From the NCBI GenBank assembly GCA_026770705.1, contig JANJGN010000005.1, positions 137,516,001-137,580,000 on the forward strand: a stretch of 64,000 nucleotides of DNA, given 5' to 3'. A model generated the notes under the pieces. It worked only from the letters and a program-made list of their open reading frames with translations. It did not search any database and had not been told where the DNA came from. Shown here piece after piece: positions 24,333 through 36,627 of the stretch. Position numbers and translations under genes: made by a program. Position 1 is the stretch's first letter, and each line of letters starts with the position of its first letter. Source of the stretch: Isurus oxyrinchus. Lineage: Eukaryota.

Positions 24333-25971
24333 GCCTAGATTTTGCGGTCAGTGGAAACTTAACATCACTCGCTGTTCATTATGTTTGCAGCTACCCACAG
24401 AATTTGATATCTTTTGCATGACAATTTACAGTAATTAGAGATTTATTTCAGTGAAGTGCCCTCGGAGAGAGATCTGGAGCAATGTGAAAAGGGCAAGAGT
24501 GAAGAATATTACTGAGGTACATTTAGATAAATCAATTATAGGTCATAAGTCATCCTAAACTCTGTCTGGAGAAGACCCTTTTAACTAATGTTTGTATGAG
24601 ACTTTAATCAATTGCCAATCAGGATTCTTGGTTAGAAACTTTGGAAAGTTTGAGAGAAAATGAAATTAGTAAAATTATACTTAATAGAAATTTCTTAGCG
24701 ACTTTACTGCTCTAGGCAATTGCACACAAGGTAGAGCACAGGCCACAGATGTAATGTATACCCTCCCAGAACCCTCTTGATTTGTTCTTGAAAATACTTG
24801 TGGAGAAATTCTTATTCGGTTGAATCTCTACTCTTGAGACCACATCATCTGTTGTGATTTGCTACCTCTGGGGTCTGTGATTGTGTATACACAACAAGGC
24901 TCTGAAGAAGAGTAATACACACTGAAAACGTTAACTCTGTCTCTCCACAGATGCTGCCTAACCTGAGTTTTTCCTGTTTTTATTTCAGATTTCAACATCT
25001 GCAGTATTTTATTTTTATTATAAGACTTAATGAAACTCTCTTTTTAACCCCTTCCTGACTGTAACACCACCTTGCAATCAGACTCAAGCTGGCCTGGTAA
25101 TTGGCTGTGACTGTTGCTAGCCTAAATTAATTGTTTAATTGTTTCTTTAATTGTGATTTCCACTTGATAAGACATCTGTGTAACAGGTAACTATTCTTGC
25201 AGTACAAGACCTTATTCACTCTCTGATGTGATATTCATTCCCACTGATACATTTTGATAAGGTGGCTGTATCAAGACTTTCAGTCTCAGATTTCCCAAAG
25301 GGTCACTGGAGGCCTTCGTCTCACTGTTAACCCTGTGGTTTCATTGCAATACATGTTACATTGATTGTTTCGAACTTTTATGCTATTAAAACTAACTAAT
25401 GCTGTAGTTTAATACATGCATAACTCAGTCAAGATTTTGGGGTAAATAGATTTATTTTGATAACTCACTGCTTTAGTTAAGAACTAATTCTAACCATCCC
25501 AAAACTACTTACAACACAGAATCTAAAGCAGGAAGTGTAAGTTAGAATATTTACTTAAATGTGAAATCATACACAAAGTGAAATGAAAAGTGGGAAAGGA
25601 AACTGTGATTGAGAGAGAAAATTAAAGTTTAAAAAAAATTTCTAAATGCAAGTAATAATTGAAATCTGAAGCAATGAGACTCCACGTTTGTTAAAGTAAA
25701 TTTTCAGTGCCAGAGAGACTGTTTGATTCTAATTAAGAGTTATCACTCTGTTATGCATTCACATGTACTGGAAAGGACAAGCCCTAACATTTTGTGGTGT
25801 GAATAGTGGTAAGTACCACAACTTTTATGACCTTCATGTGTTTTAATGCTAAATTTCTTGGCGAGTTGGTGGAGCAGGGAAAATTGTACAGCAGCTTTTC
25901 TGATTTCCATCTTTAAACATGCTGAGGCTGTCCGATTTAAAATTTAATAATCTTATTGCAAAATCCAGGCC
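24333..25971. mobile_element. Non-autonomous DNA-transposon-like element with terminal inverted repeats (TIRs), containing a PLE pLTR at about 24900-25020
   Basis: Termini gcctagattttgc and gcaaaatccaggcc are near reverse complements. No ORF. Confidence 0.35.
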
Positions 25972-26076
25972 AATAATAACTCCAAACCAATGAATGAACA
26001 CTACTGACACACAGGCTGCATTCTAAGGAGTGTAAATATTAAAAGATATTGATAGTTCAAGTGATGTTTTAAAAAA

Positions 26077-26570
26077 TTCTTTCATGGGATGTTGCCCATT
26101 CCTAATTGCCCTTGAGAAAATGGTAGTGAGCTGCCTTCTTGAACAATAGCAGTCCATCTGGTATCTGAGAGGTTTGGTACATCTGAATGCCTTGCTAGAC
26201 CATTTCAGACGTCAGTTAAGAGTCAACCACATCGTTGTGGCTCTGGAATCACATGTAAGCCAGATCAGGTAAGCTTTTCTTCCCTAATCAGGAATTAGCG
26301 AACGGGATGATAGATTCATGGCACCATTACTAATTCTAGATTTATTAATTTGGAATTTTAAATTCTATCAGCTGCCATGGTGGGATTTGAACCAGTATCC
26401 TCAGAGTATTACAAAAACAAAAACAGAATTACCTGGAAAAACTCAGCAGATCTGGCAGCATCGGTGGAGAAGAAAAGAGTTGACGTTTCGAGTCCTCATG
26501 ACCCTTCGACAGGAGTATTAGCCTGGGCTCTGGATTACTAGGGACAATTCCATTATGCCACTGGCTCCCC
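26077..26570 (-). mobile_element. tRNA-derived SINE sharing its head and 3' tail with the LINE at 51126-56020; interrupted by a PLE pLTR fragment (26412-26512)
   Basis: Minus strand has A box TGGCATAATGG, B box GGTTCAAATCCC and tail caagggcaattaggaatgggcaac. The insertion is flanked by gagtatta (26404-26411 and 26513-26520). Confidence 0.8.
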
Positions 26571-26589
26571 AACAATGTGAATGTGCAAA

Positions 26590-28620
26590 ACTTTGGTAAA
26601 TGTATTTCAGTGTAGACAAATGTGAGTCATCCACTTTGTACCTAAAAAAAAAAGATAAAACAGGGTACTTTTTAAATGGGGAATATGTAGAAATAGTGAA
26701 GTTCAAAGTGACTTTGTCGGGGGTTGGAATGTGGTACATAAATCGTTAAAATGTCATGTACGGATACAAAAAATATTGAAAAACACGAATGGAATGCTGG
26801 CCTTTATATCTAAAGGACTAGAATACAGGAGGGTAGAAGCCATTTCTTCAATTGTACAAACCCCTGGTTAAACCACACTTCGAGTACTGCCAGCAATTCT
26901 GGACGTCACATCTTTGGAAGAGTATTTTGGCCTTGGAGGAAGTGCAGTGTAGATTTACTAGAACGACACCTGGGGCTCGCAAGGTTTCAGCTACGAGGAG
27001 GGATTAAACAAACTATGGTTGTATTCCTGGAATTTAAATGGTTAAGGAGTGAATTGATTGAAATATTCAAAATTTTAAAGGGAGCAGATAGGATAGATTG
27101 GGAGAAACAATTTTTCCTAATTGGGAAGTCCAGGAAAATAATCTAAAAACTGGAGCAGACCTTTCAGGATTGAAATTAAGAAGCATATTGTCACTCAAAG
27201 GGAGGATAGAAGATTGGTACACTCTTCCATAAATGATACTTAATCCTCAGCCAATTGTTAATTTTCAGTCTGAGATTGATAGGTTTTTTATTTGCCCCTT
27301 AATACCTTTAGCTAAAATGAATATATAGAGTTTGGTGGTAGATCAGCCATGATTTCATTGAATGGCAATGGAACAAGTTTGAGGGGCTAAATGGCCTACT
27401 TACTAAGTGACTAACCTCTAAATACCAGACTTGTCAAAGATGAAGTTGAACACAGAAGTGCAGTAACTAATAGTACTTAAATGAACACAGTCAAAGAAAG
27501 CATAATGATATTTTGCCATATGAATAGAGGCTTAAAAGTACAATAGCAAGGAAGTTATGCTCAAACTTTTGCAAATCATGAGTTAGGCTTCAGCTGTGAT
27601 ATTGTGTCCAATTTTGAGCACCAGTTTAAATAGTATGGCAGGGCTTTGAAGACAGTGCAAAGGCGATGAATTGGAATGGTGCCAAGGATGACGGACTTAT
27701 GAGAAGAAACTAAAGAAGCTTGGATTTTTTTTTGTTCATGTGCTCTGAGTGTCACCAGCCAGGCCAACACTTGTTATCCATCCCTAATTGCCCTCAAAGG
27801 TGATGGTGAACCCAACCTGTGGTTTGGGTGTGCCTATAGGGCTGTTAGGGAAGAAGTTTCAGACTTTTGACCAAGTGAATAAATGGCAATTTATATTTCA
27901 AAGTCAGGATCGATGTGTGACTTGGGGAACTTACAGGTGGTGGTGTTCTCATGAGCCTGCTGCTGTGGTTCTTCAAGGTGGTAGAGTTCACAGGAGCCTT
28001 GGTGAGTTATTACAATTCACTTTGTAGATGACGCACACTTCTGCCATAGCGCATCAGTGGTGATGGAAGTGTATACTTAATGTGGTGAATAAGAACCTGA
28101 TCAAATGGGCTGCTTTGTCCTGGATGGCATTGAGCTTCAATGTTGCTGGAGCTGTATTCGTCCAGTCAAGTGGGGAGCAGCCATCATACTCCTGACTTGT
28201 AGGTGTTGGACAGGATTTGGAGAGGCAGGAGCTGAGTCACTCACTGCTTGGCCTCCTTTACAACAGAGAAGATAAAGAGATTTCATAGACCTGTTCAAAA
28301 TGACGAACAAGTTAGGAGAAACAGTTTCCAGAGGCAGAAGCATTAGTAACTGGAGGACATAAATTTAAGATGATTGGCAAAAGAACCAGGGGAGATGAGA
28401 ATTTTCTTTACACATCAAGTTATGATCTGGAGTACACTGCCTGATGGGTGGTGAAAGAAAATTTGATAGCAACTTTCAAAAGGGAATTGGATGTGTATTT
28501 GAAAAGGAAACATTTGCAGGGCTTTAGAGAAAGAGCAAGGAAGTGGTACTAATTGGTAAGCTGTTTCAAAGAGCTGACATGGGCTGAATGGTGGTCTCCT
28601 GTGCTATTCAATGATTTAAT
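26590..28620. mobile_element. Cluster of CR1 3' fragments (+) with a nested LINE 3' fragment (-, about 27735-28255)
   Basis: GMLAFISKGLEY and PHFEYCQQFW remnants. The minus-strand piece matches the 55400-56020 tail. Confidence 0.7.
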
Positions 28621-28818
28621 TAACAAATTCATGGTAACACGATTAATACCATCGCGGGTTTCAATTTGAGGAGTTCATAAAGTACATATGTTAAACTTCA
28701 GAAAAAACCTGGTGGTGAAGTACTGGAGCTAATCTTTACATGATTTTGTTTACAGAAATACACAGTACAAGCATGCACCCCCTAACTGAACCACCACAGT
28801 TACAGTCTGTTACTATTT

Positions 28819-30073
28819 GTAACTTTTTCGAGTACAAGCATGTTTCCATCTGTTTCAGATGAAGTCACATTGTTTCATAGTTTGCCATTGTGAGATTTGA
28901 ACTCTTGATCTTGGGGTTACAAGCCCAGTACCATAACCACTTGGCTATTTAGGCCAAGCCTGTTACTACTTGTAACTCTTTTGAGTACAAACCCGTTTCC
29001 ATCTGTTTCAGATGAAGTTACATTGTTTCATAGTTTGCCATTGTGAGATTTGAACTCTTGGTCTTGGGGTTACAAGCCCAGTACCATAACCACTTGGCTA
29101 TTTAGGCCAAGCCTGTTATTATTTGTAACTCTTTCGAGTACAAACCCGTTTCCATCTGTTTCAGATTAAGTTACTTTGTTTTCATAGTTTGTCATTGTGA
29201 GATTTAAACTCTTGATAATCTTTTAAAATTAAAACCAATTAAACCAAATCAACAAAATTGGGATAAATCAGGCACAGCCCCTAATTCAGGTCAGCTGTAA
29301 AACCAAGGACAAAATTTAAAGGAACCATAAATATATTTCCATCTGTTCCTACTCAGATGAAGTTACATTGTTTGCCATTGTGAGATTTGAACTCTTGATG
29401 GTTTTCACTGAGAACACAACAAGTGACAAACAAGTTCCCTGCTAGAAGTAACTCTTTCGAGTACAAACCCGTTTCCATCTGTTTCAGATGAAGTTACATT
29501 GTTTTCATAGTTTGCCATTGTGAGATTTGAACTCTTGATACTCTTTCAAGCACAAACCCGTTTCCATCTGTTTCAGATGAAGTTACATTGTTTCATAGTT
29601 TGCCATTGTGAGATTTGAACTCTTGATACTCTTTCGAGCACAAACCCGTTTCCATCTGTTTCAGATGAAGTTACATTGTTTCATAGTTTTGCCATTGTGA
29701 GATTTGAACTCTTGATCTTGGGGTTACAAACCCAGTACCATGACCACTTGACTATTTAGGCCAAGCCTGTTACTATTTGTAACTCTTTTGAGAAACAACT
29801 ACATAGACCAGCAGGTCCCAGAAGCAACTCAAGGACTATGCTGAGTAACTCTTTCGACTACAAACCCATTTCCATCTGTTTCAGATGAAGTTACATTGTT
29901 TCATAGTTTTGCCATTGTGAGATTTGAACTCTTGATACTCTTTTGAGCACAAACCCATTTCCATCTGTTTCAGATGAAGTTACCTTGTTTCATAGTTTGC
30001 CATTGTGAGATTTGAACTCTCGATCTTGGGGTTACAAACCCAGTACCATAACCACTTGGCTATTTAGGCCAAG
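28819..30073 (-). mobile_element. Tandem array 2 of tRNA-Thr-headed SINE-like element (4 heads, about 10 whole or partial modules, unique inserts)
   Basis: Reverse complement of array 1 units. The 12-mer ctgttactattt (or a one-base variant) occurs at 28807, 28960, 29113 and 29767. Unique inserts at 29217-29335, 29400-29447 and 29793-29844. Confidence 0.85.
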
Positions 30074-30749
30074 TGTTTTAAACCATAGGCTACAGCGAGA
30101 AGAAGCACAAGTAAATCTCCTGTTAATGCATACCACATGTATATAATTAAATCTAGTTAATAAACAACTAACTTGGGGGATATGATTTACCAACAAGCTT
30201 AATCAGCATAAGAACAAAGTAGCTGATCACTGTATCTCTGCTTTTGCTTGATAATATAACAGATTCAATGATCAGCCTTAACAAAAAGCTTAGCAAGTTT
30301 ATGTTTAAAATTTGTATACACTGTACAACTAGTCTATCTCTAGCTTCAAATATTGTGGCTGTTATAAATTATAGGTAGAGACATACAATCATTTTGATCC
30401 TAGCGGCAACTGTGGTAGCATTGATGATCCTAATTTTACTCTGAAATATGCCATGTTCCTCCATTGTGATGTACTTTACAAGCTTACTTCTGATTAACTT
30501 CCTTCGCTTTCTACCTTTCCGTTTTACTCTGTTGTAACCTAGACAACCCACTTCCTAAGCTCTTTAAAACTTCTTTGTGATGTTAGTTGTAACATGTTGT
30601 CCTTGACAAAAGCCTGCAAATAATGCCTCAGAGTATTAAGTCTCCTGCAATTGATGTTCATGGCACTACTTGATACAACATAGCTAGTCATTTAAGTAGC
30701 TGATCTGTGAAATACTAGACAGTTGAACAAAACCCACTATTATGCTAAA

Positions 30750-30985
30750 ATAAAAACATAAAATGCCAGAAATACTCAGCAGGTCCAGCAGCATCTGTGG
30801 AGAGAGAAAAAGGTCATAACCTGAAGAGTTAACCCTTTCATTAGAACAATTCTGATGAAAGGTCATGGCCTGAAATATAAAGTCTGTTTCTCTCTCTCTC
30901 CACAAATGTTGCCAGGCCTGGCGAGTGTTTCCAGAAATTTGCTTTTATTTCAGATTCCCAGCATCCATAGTATTTTGCTTTTGGA
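30750..30985. mobile_element. Palindromic (head-to-head) PLE pLTR pair with hammerhead core at 30852
   Basis: actcagcaggtccagcagcatctgtggagagag...ctctctccacaaatgttgccagg inverted arms, with CTGATGA-AAGGTCATGGCCT-GAAA. Confidence 0.7.
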
Positions 30986-31290
30986 CCCACCTTTTTATCC
31001 TTGAATAGGGCATGCCTAGGCATGGTACACATGAATAAATGATACTATTGATTTTAAAAGTAAACTGTTACACCTGTTGTCATCCAAGCAGACTTTTTGT
31101 AGCTCAGTGCAGACTAGAGATCATATCCAGGACCTTATAAATCTGGAACCTCCTGGTCTAACATGACTCTTCACACCAAGTTGTATATGTACCACAGAAT
31201 CATTGGGAGCCTTGGGCAGTTTTTTTGGTAGAAGAAATATTGTAAACTCTCTGCTGGATGGTTGAAGATATTTATCCAGCATTAACAACA

Positions 31291-31720
31291 ATTGCATTTA
31301 TGTAGCACCTTTAACATAAAACATCCCAATGTGCTTCACAGGAGCTTTGTAAAACAGAATGTGAGCCTCAAAGTGATATTGGGGAAGATTACTAAAATCT
31401 TGGCCAAAAGAGTAGGTTATAAGGAACCTCTTAAAGGAAGAAAGCAAGGCGGAGAGGTTTACAGAAGGAAGTCGAAAGCTTGGGGCCTTGGCAGTTGAAG
31501 GCATGACTACCAATGGTGGAACAATTAAAATCAAATTGTTCAGGAGGCCAGATTTATAGGAGCACAGATATCTGAGGGTTATGGGGCTGGAGGAGATTAG
31601 AGATAGGGAGGGGCAAGGTCATGGAGGGGTTTGAAACCATGGATGAGAATTTTAAAATCAAGGTGATTTTTAACCAGGAACCAATTTAGGTCAGTGAGCA
31701 TAGGGATGATGGTTTACCTT
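31291..31720 (-). mobile_element. L2-like LINE 3' fragment
   Basis: ttgcatttatgtagcaccttt tail and ggagattagagatagggaggggcaagg L2-type body. Confidence 0.6.
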
Positions 31721-31974
31721 TATGGTAGTCACATAGGATGTCAATTTCCAGCGGACTATCACTTTACATCAAAGCTGAAACATTAGGGGGATTTGTCTAT
31801 TTCATAAGAACCTCTTTTTTTAAAACTGATTATATGCTTTGGCTACTATGTACTAAATTCAGTTGTGTTGTTGCACCCTGCGTTGCTGATGTGAATGATT
31901 TTGGTATTCAAACAACTGTCTATTCTAAATCATATGGAGCAATTCATGTGAGATTGTGACCTTGTGTGTACATT

Positions 31975-33000
31975 TCAAGGGCCATGGATAGGGCTGTAAA
32001 CTAACAGGTTGCAGGTAGGGTGGCAGTGGTGATAGGAAACAGAGTTCAGTTGCAGGAGATTTAGAACCAAAGAGAAAAGTTGAGACAATAGAACAGTGGA
32101 GCGATGTGGGTAAAGACGAGCAGAGTGGGACAGAATTTAACAGTAATAGTGCATCAGTCTGTAAGGTTCATGCTGAAGAATAGAAGTAACAAAAAAAACT
32201 AAAGGCTCTTTATTGGAATACAGAAAGCATCTGCAATAAATAGATGAACGAGTGGCACAATAGAGATAAATGGTTTAGATCTAATCACCATTACAGAGAC
32301 ATAGTTACAAGGTGACCAAAGTTGGAAAATGACTATTCCAGGTTACATTACATTTTGAAAAATACAAACAAAATGGGAAAGGAGGAGGGTTCGTCCTGAT
32401 CGTAAAGGTTGACATAAGGACATTAGTGAGAAAGGACCCTGGCTCAGATGATCAGGAAGCGCAATCAATGTGGGTTGAGATTAGGAATAGCAAGAGTCAG
32501 AAACACTAGTGGGAGTAGTTTATAGGCCCATTGGACAGAGCATTAAACAAGAAATTTTTGCAGCTTGTAACAAAGGCAATGTAATAATTGTGGAGGATAT
32601 TAATCTTTCTTTATAGACTGGAAAAGTCCAATTGGCAAAGCTGGTCTGGAAGATGAGTTTGTAGAATACTTTTGTGATGGTTTCCTGGAGCAATATGTTG
32701 TAGAACCAACCAGTGATTAAAGCTATTTTAAATCTTGTATTGTGCAATTAGGCAGGGTTAATTCAGAATCTTAGTGGGAAATTGCAATCGTAATGCGATT
32801 TAATTCCACATTAAGTTTGAAAGCAACATACTGTAATCACAACCAAGAACCTTAAGCTTAAACAAAGCCAAATATGTATGAGGGGAGAGCTGGCTAAGGT
32901 TGATTGGGTAAATAGACTAAGATGTGTAATGGTAGATAAATAGTGGGAAATATTGAAATACTTCAATGTTCAGAAACATATTCCATTGAAAAACTGTGCA
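31975..33000 (+). mobile_element. CR1 fragment (ORF1 end, inter-ORF region, APE)
   Basis: ALYWNTESIC, ITET, GKGGG and GVVYRP remnants. Confidence 0.75.
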
Positions 33001-33682
33001 TTACATGAATAATTAGGTAAAATATAGATGTGAGGTAGAATTCATATATAATTAGGACATCATACTTGAGAATTGAAAAAATAGTTACAGGCTAACAGCC
33101 ATTTTGCCCAAAAGCCTTTTCAAGCACATACATGGGCAGCACTGAACTTAATTAAAAACAGCTCTGAATTTAATTGAAGACAGACAACATTACTTCATGT
33201 TGGTAATATTCACTGGTCTTTAGTGCTCCTGCCCCTTTTTGGAAATTGCTATTGATAAGGACTATCCTTTGGTAATTTAAATACTTTATTCGCTACCAAA
33301 GGAATTCTTAAAAAGGTCATAACGCATGTTCAGTCTGGGATTTAGCATTGTTACCTATTAAGAAGGCATTCTTCAAATAAAGCTCAATGGTCTTTTGAAA
33401 CTCAGAATTGAACAAGATCAGACACCTAATACAAAAGACAGATGCTGTAAAAATGTAGTCTTTACTGAACTAGAAAATAACTTAATCACTATTTGTGTTA
33501 AAGTTTAAAATCACTATGAAAATTTGGAAACAAGTGAAATTAATTAGGATTGATATTCGAACATATCACAAGCATATATTGACCAGATACATGCTCAGTG
33601 TTATATAATAATGCTACCCTCAACAATTAAATAATTAGTCATATGCTGGCACATGATATTGAGTATTGCTAAAAAAGGGACA

Positions 33683-33715
33683 TGTTGAAGCTTTTGTCTT
33701 GCACTCATCAGGACA
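33683..33715 (-). ncRNA. Minimal hammerhead motif (PLE family B, G12 mutated)
   Basis: Minus strand TGTC-CTGATGA-GTGCAAGAC-AAA-AGCT-TC-AACA. Confidence 0.55.
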
Positions 33716-34801
33716 CTTCACAATACCAGTATGAAAGGGCAACAGCAATTTATACTCTGAGTGCGTGCTGATCGGTTGGCAAGTGGTCTCTGGTAGAGGC
33801 GTTGCCACGAAGAATGTACCAATTGATTGCAACTGGCAGTTAACTGCCCAGTTAAACCAGGCAGCTTGACACTGATTGATCAAGGCATTGATCTGAGGAA
33901 TGAATCAGCAAAAGGCTGTCACTTATTTGTAGAGCTGAAACAGGCGCAATGTGTGAACATGTTCTTTCTGTCTGCAAAGAATGGGGCCCTGTGTGTTAAT
34001 ATGTGTAGCTTCCCGTACACCCACACATGCCACAGTGCAAGCCTAACTGAGTATCTTAAATTGGTTGTCAACATAATTCTTAACACACTGTAGATTATTT
34101 AGCAACTATTGTCCAATCATGGAATCACATCTAATTTTGGACACTGAGTTTTCTGTAACTTGCCCCTTGCAAACAGTAGCTGGGACATGCTGTTTGAAAT
34201 GATCCACCAGTCTTTGGGATGTACAGCCTACATGCCTAGCATCACATGGCACTGAAATTCATATACCACATAACTCATTTGTGTGATAAGCAGAATGTCT
34301 TTTTGGCTTGAAGGCTGTTAGTGTTGAATACCATTCATGTTGCTACTGCACAGTAACAATGTGAAACAGCTAGCTTCACCTATTCAAATTTTTGAGATAC
34401 CTTGACCTTCCAGGGTAATCTGAGGCAGACTGGGATCTTTTCAGGGCCGAAAGTGATGGCCTTCATGAGTTCATGAGTTTGTGTGATTTGCAGTGTGCAA
34501 TGACCTAATCAGGGTAGCCATTAGTTCGGAGGACAGAAAGAATGTGTACTCACATTGTGCCTGTTTCAGCTCTACAAAATAAGTGACAGCTTTTTGCTGA
34601 CTCATTCCTCAGGGCAATGCCATACCCAATCAGGGTCAAGCTGTCTGGTTCAAATTTTAAACAATGCTTGTCAGTCATCATCAATTGGTGCATTCTCCAT
34701 AGCAATGTCTCTACCAATCAGGGTCCACTTACCAACCAATCAGCATTCTCTTCTCATACAGTATGAATTATTGTTTTCCCCTTATAATAGGTATTCTTTC
34801 A

Positions 34802-34837
34802 GTGTTCTGATGAATGCAAGACGAAAAGCTTCGACAC
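34802..34837 (+). ncRNA. Minimal type I hammerhead ribozyme motif (PLE family B)
   Basis: GTGTT-CTGATGA-ATGCAAGAC-GAAA-AGCT-TC-GACAC: stem I GTGTT/GACAC, canonical core, palindromic AAGCTT stem III and a UUC cleavage triplet. Confidence 0.75.
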
Positions 34838-35866
34838 GTCTGTTTTACAGCAGTAATTAAATAATTATGAATTATAAGGGATAATCAAAAGGGAGGAGTT
34901 TAATCAATGAAGCAGCGCCCATAGCTGCTAGAGATGATGTAATTTAGTTTAGAGGGGTATAAAAATACAGGCTTTTTCTCTAAAAAGCAGCCGTATTGAA
35001 AAAGGGTTTAAGAAAGAAACCTTAAACCAATGCTTCTCAGGTTGTTGAAGAGTTGGACGCTTTTTAGAGCAAACAAGTTTTTTGTGTCCTGCTGTTCAGA
35101 CAGCTGTAACAGCTCAGAGATTTAAGGTAATACTTTGTGTTAATGTTTGATATTTGAAATAATTAAAAATTAAACATTTTTGATGGATATCCTAAAGAGA
35201 ATTTTAGACTTGCATTACTTTTTAAAGCCTTTTTTACTGGATTCTGTATTAGAACTAAAACTGTTTTCCATCTTTTTATAGTCTTTAATGTTGCGATGTA
35301 CTTATGCACTTTTGAATGTATTGCATGTTAAACGATTCTTCAGTAAACTTGTTAATCAGCTAGTAAAATATAATGTCTTGTAGTTTTGTGTAAGCAGCTT
35401 AAGAACCCTCTCTGTATTTTTCAAAGTGGGGAAATACAATTTTTTGAAGAGAGGCCCCCAGACTCTTACAATACCCAGGTAATTATAACCTAGCTGATAA
35501 TTATTTCAAAAGCTATGTAGAAGAAGGTAATATCTCTTGATAGTTATCTTCCTAGGGGGAGAAGTGGTTCATTTGCTCAGACCCAAAAACAAGTGTCTGT
35601 GGGAAGTGGCTATTTTGAACGCAGGTGAGAGTGATTATTAGGAGAGTGCTCCTGATCTGGGGTAGCCCTAAAAAGGGCTATAATTCACTTTGAAACAAAA
35701 ACTGAACAAGAAAAAGAAAGAACTAAGGAGGTTAAAGATAGTATTAGTTTAAAAGAAGAGGTTTATAATGTTGCAAGAATAGCAGTACGTCTGAAGATTA
35801 GGAGTTTTTGTAGAAACCAGCAAAGGGCCACCAAAAAGTTGATTAAATAAGGGAAATGATACAATA

Positions 35867-36627
35867 CAGTAAGTCCTCACTTAATGTTGTAGTTGCATTC
35901 CTGGAAAGTCCAACTTCAAATGAAACAATGTTAAGCAAAAAGATTTTCCCATTTCAACCAATGTAAGAGCTGTAGTTTGGTTCTGGAAGACATTTTTCGT
36001 CAGGAAAAAAATGGAAAGATTATATCCTGTAAATTGAAAGACTTTACATTGCTAAATTTCTATATTTGTAAATTAAGTAACTTTCAAAATAAAATAAATT
36101 TAAAAATATGAAAGAAATATGCTAACTCTTTCTACTTACTTCCTGCTTGCCGACCCTGCGGCTCGCTGCCTTTCTGGCTCCCTGACCCTCTTTGTTGCTG
36201 CCAATTGTGCTCAACAAACTTCCCACTCTCCAAACATCCTGTTGCCTGAAGCTCCCTTTCACCAAACCTCTGGCTCCCCACTTCTCCTGCTTGCCATTTC
36301 CCTTTCCCAAGCCCTTGCTGTGAATGAGGGCTTGGGAGATGAATGGTGAGAAGCAGGAAGAGCAAGTATAGAACAAGCCAGAGGGGTGTTGAAGGGGAGG
36401 GTTAGCAGTCACTGGGAGGGTCAGAGAGCAGGGGAGGGAGGGTTGCCAGTGACTGGGAGGATCAGGGAGCTGGGGTAGCTGCTCCAAAATGGCGCACATT
36501 GGGTCATGAGGTCCTATGTCAGTCTCAGCACGAAACATCATTAAAATGAAACTCCTGGTGCTGAACACAAATGCCCATTAACTGCGTGACTTTAAAGTGG
36601 GGCAGCCTAAAAATGGGGGAATAACTA
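35867..36627. mobile_element. Tigger/pogo-like MITE inserted in CR1
   Basis: TA|CAGTAAGTCCTCACTTAA left TIR (recalled as MER82/Tigger-type) and a degenerate right end gggggaataacta|TA. CR1 sequence continues on both sides. Confidence 0.5.

Larger units (their letters stand above)
33638..34854. mobile_element. Penelope-like family B insertion: pLTR plus GIY-YIG remnant (-) and inverted pLTR (+), 13 bp TSD
   Basis: Minus strand VVYEFQC..CDARHVGCTSQRLVDHFKQHVP (GIY-YIG). Inverted arms about 33660-33980 and 34540-34854. aattaaataatta at 33625-33637 and 34855-34867. Confidence 0.8.

Noticed and set aside
12629-30073. CRISPR array interpretation of the repeat-spacer arrays
   Set aside because: Eukaryotic context with no cas genes. 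The repeats are 88-140 bp and tRNA-derived, and the spacers are irregular in length.
36122-36568. 148 aa minus-strand ORF
   Set aside because: Low-complexity frame inside a putative MITE with no domain-like features.
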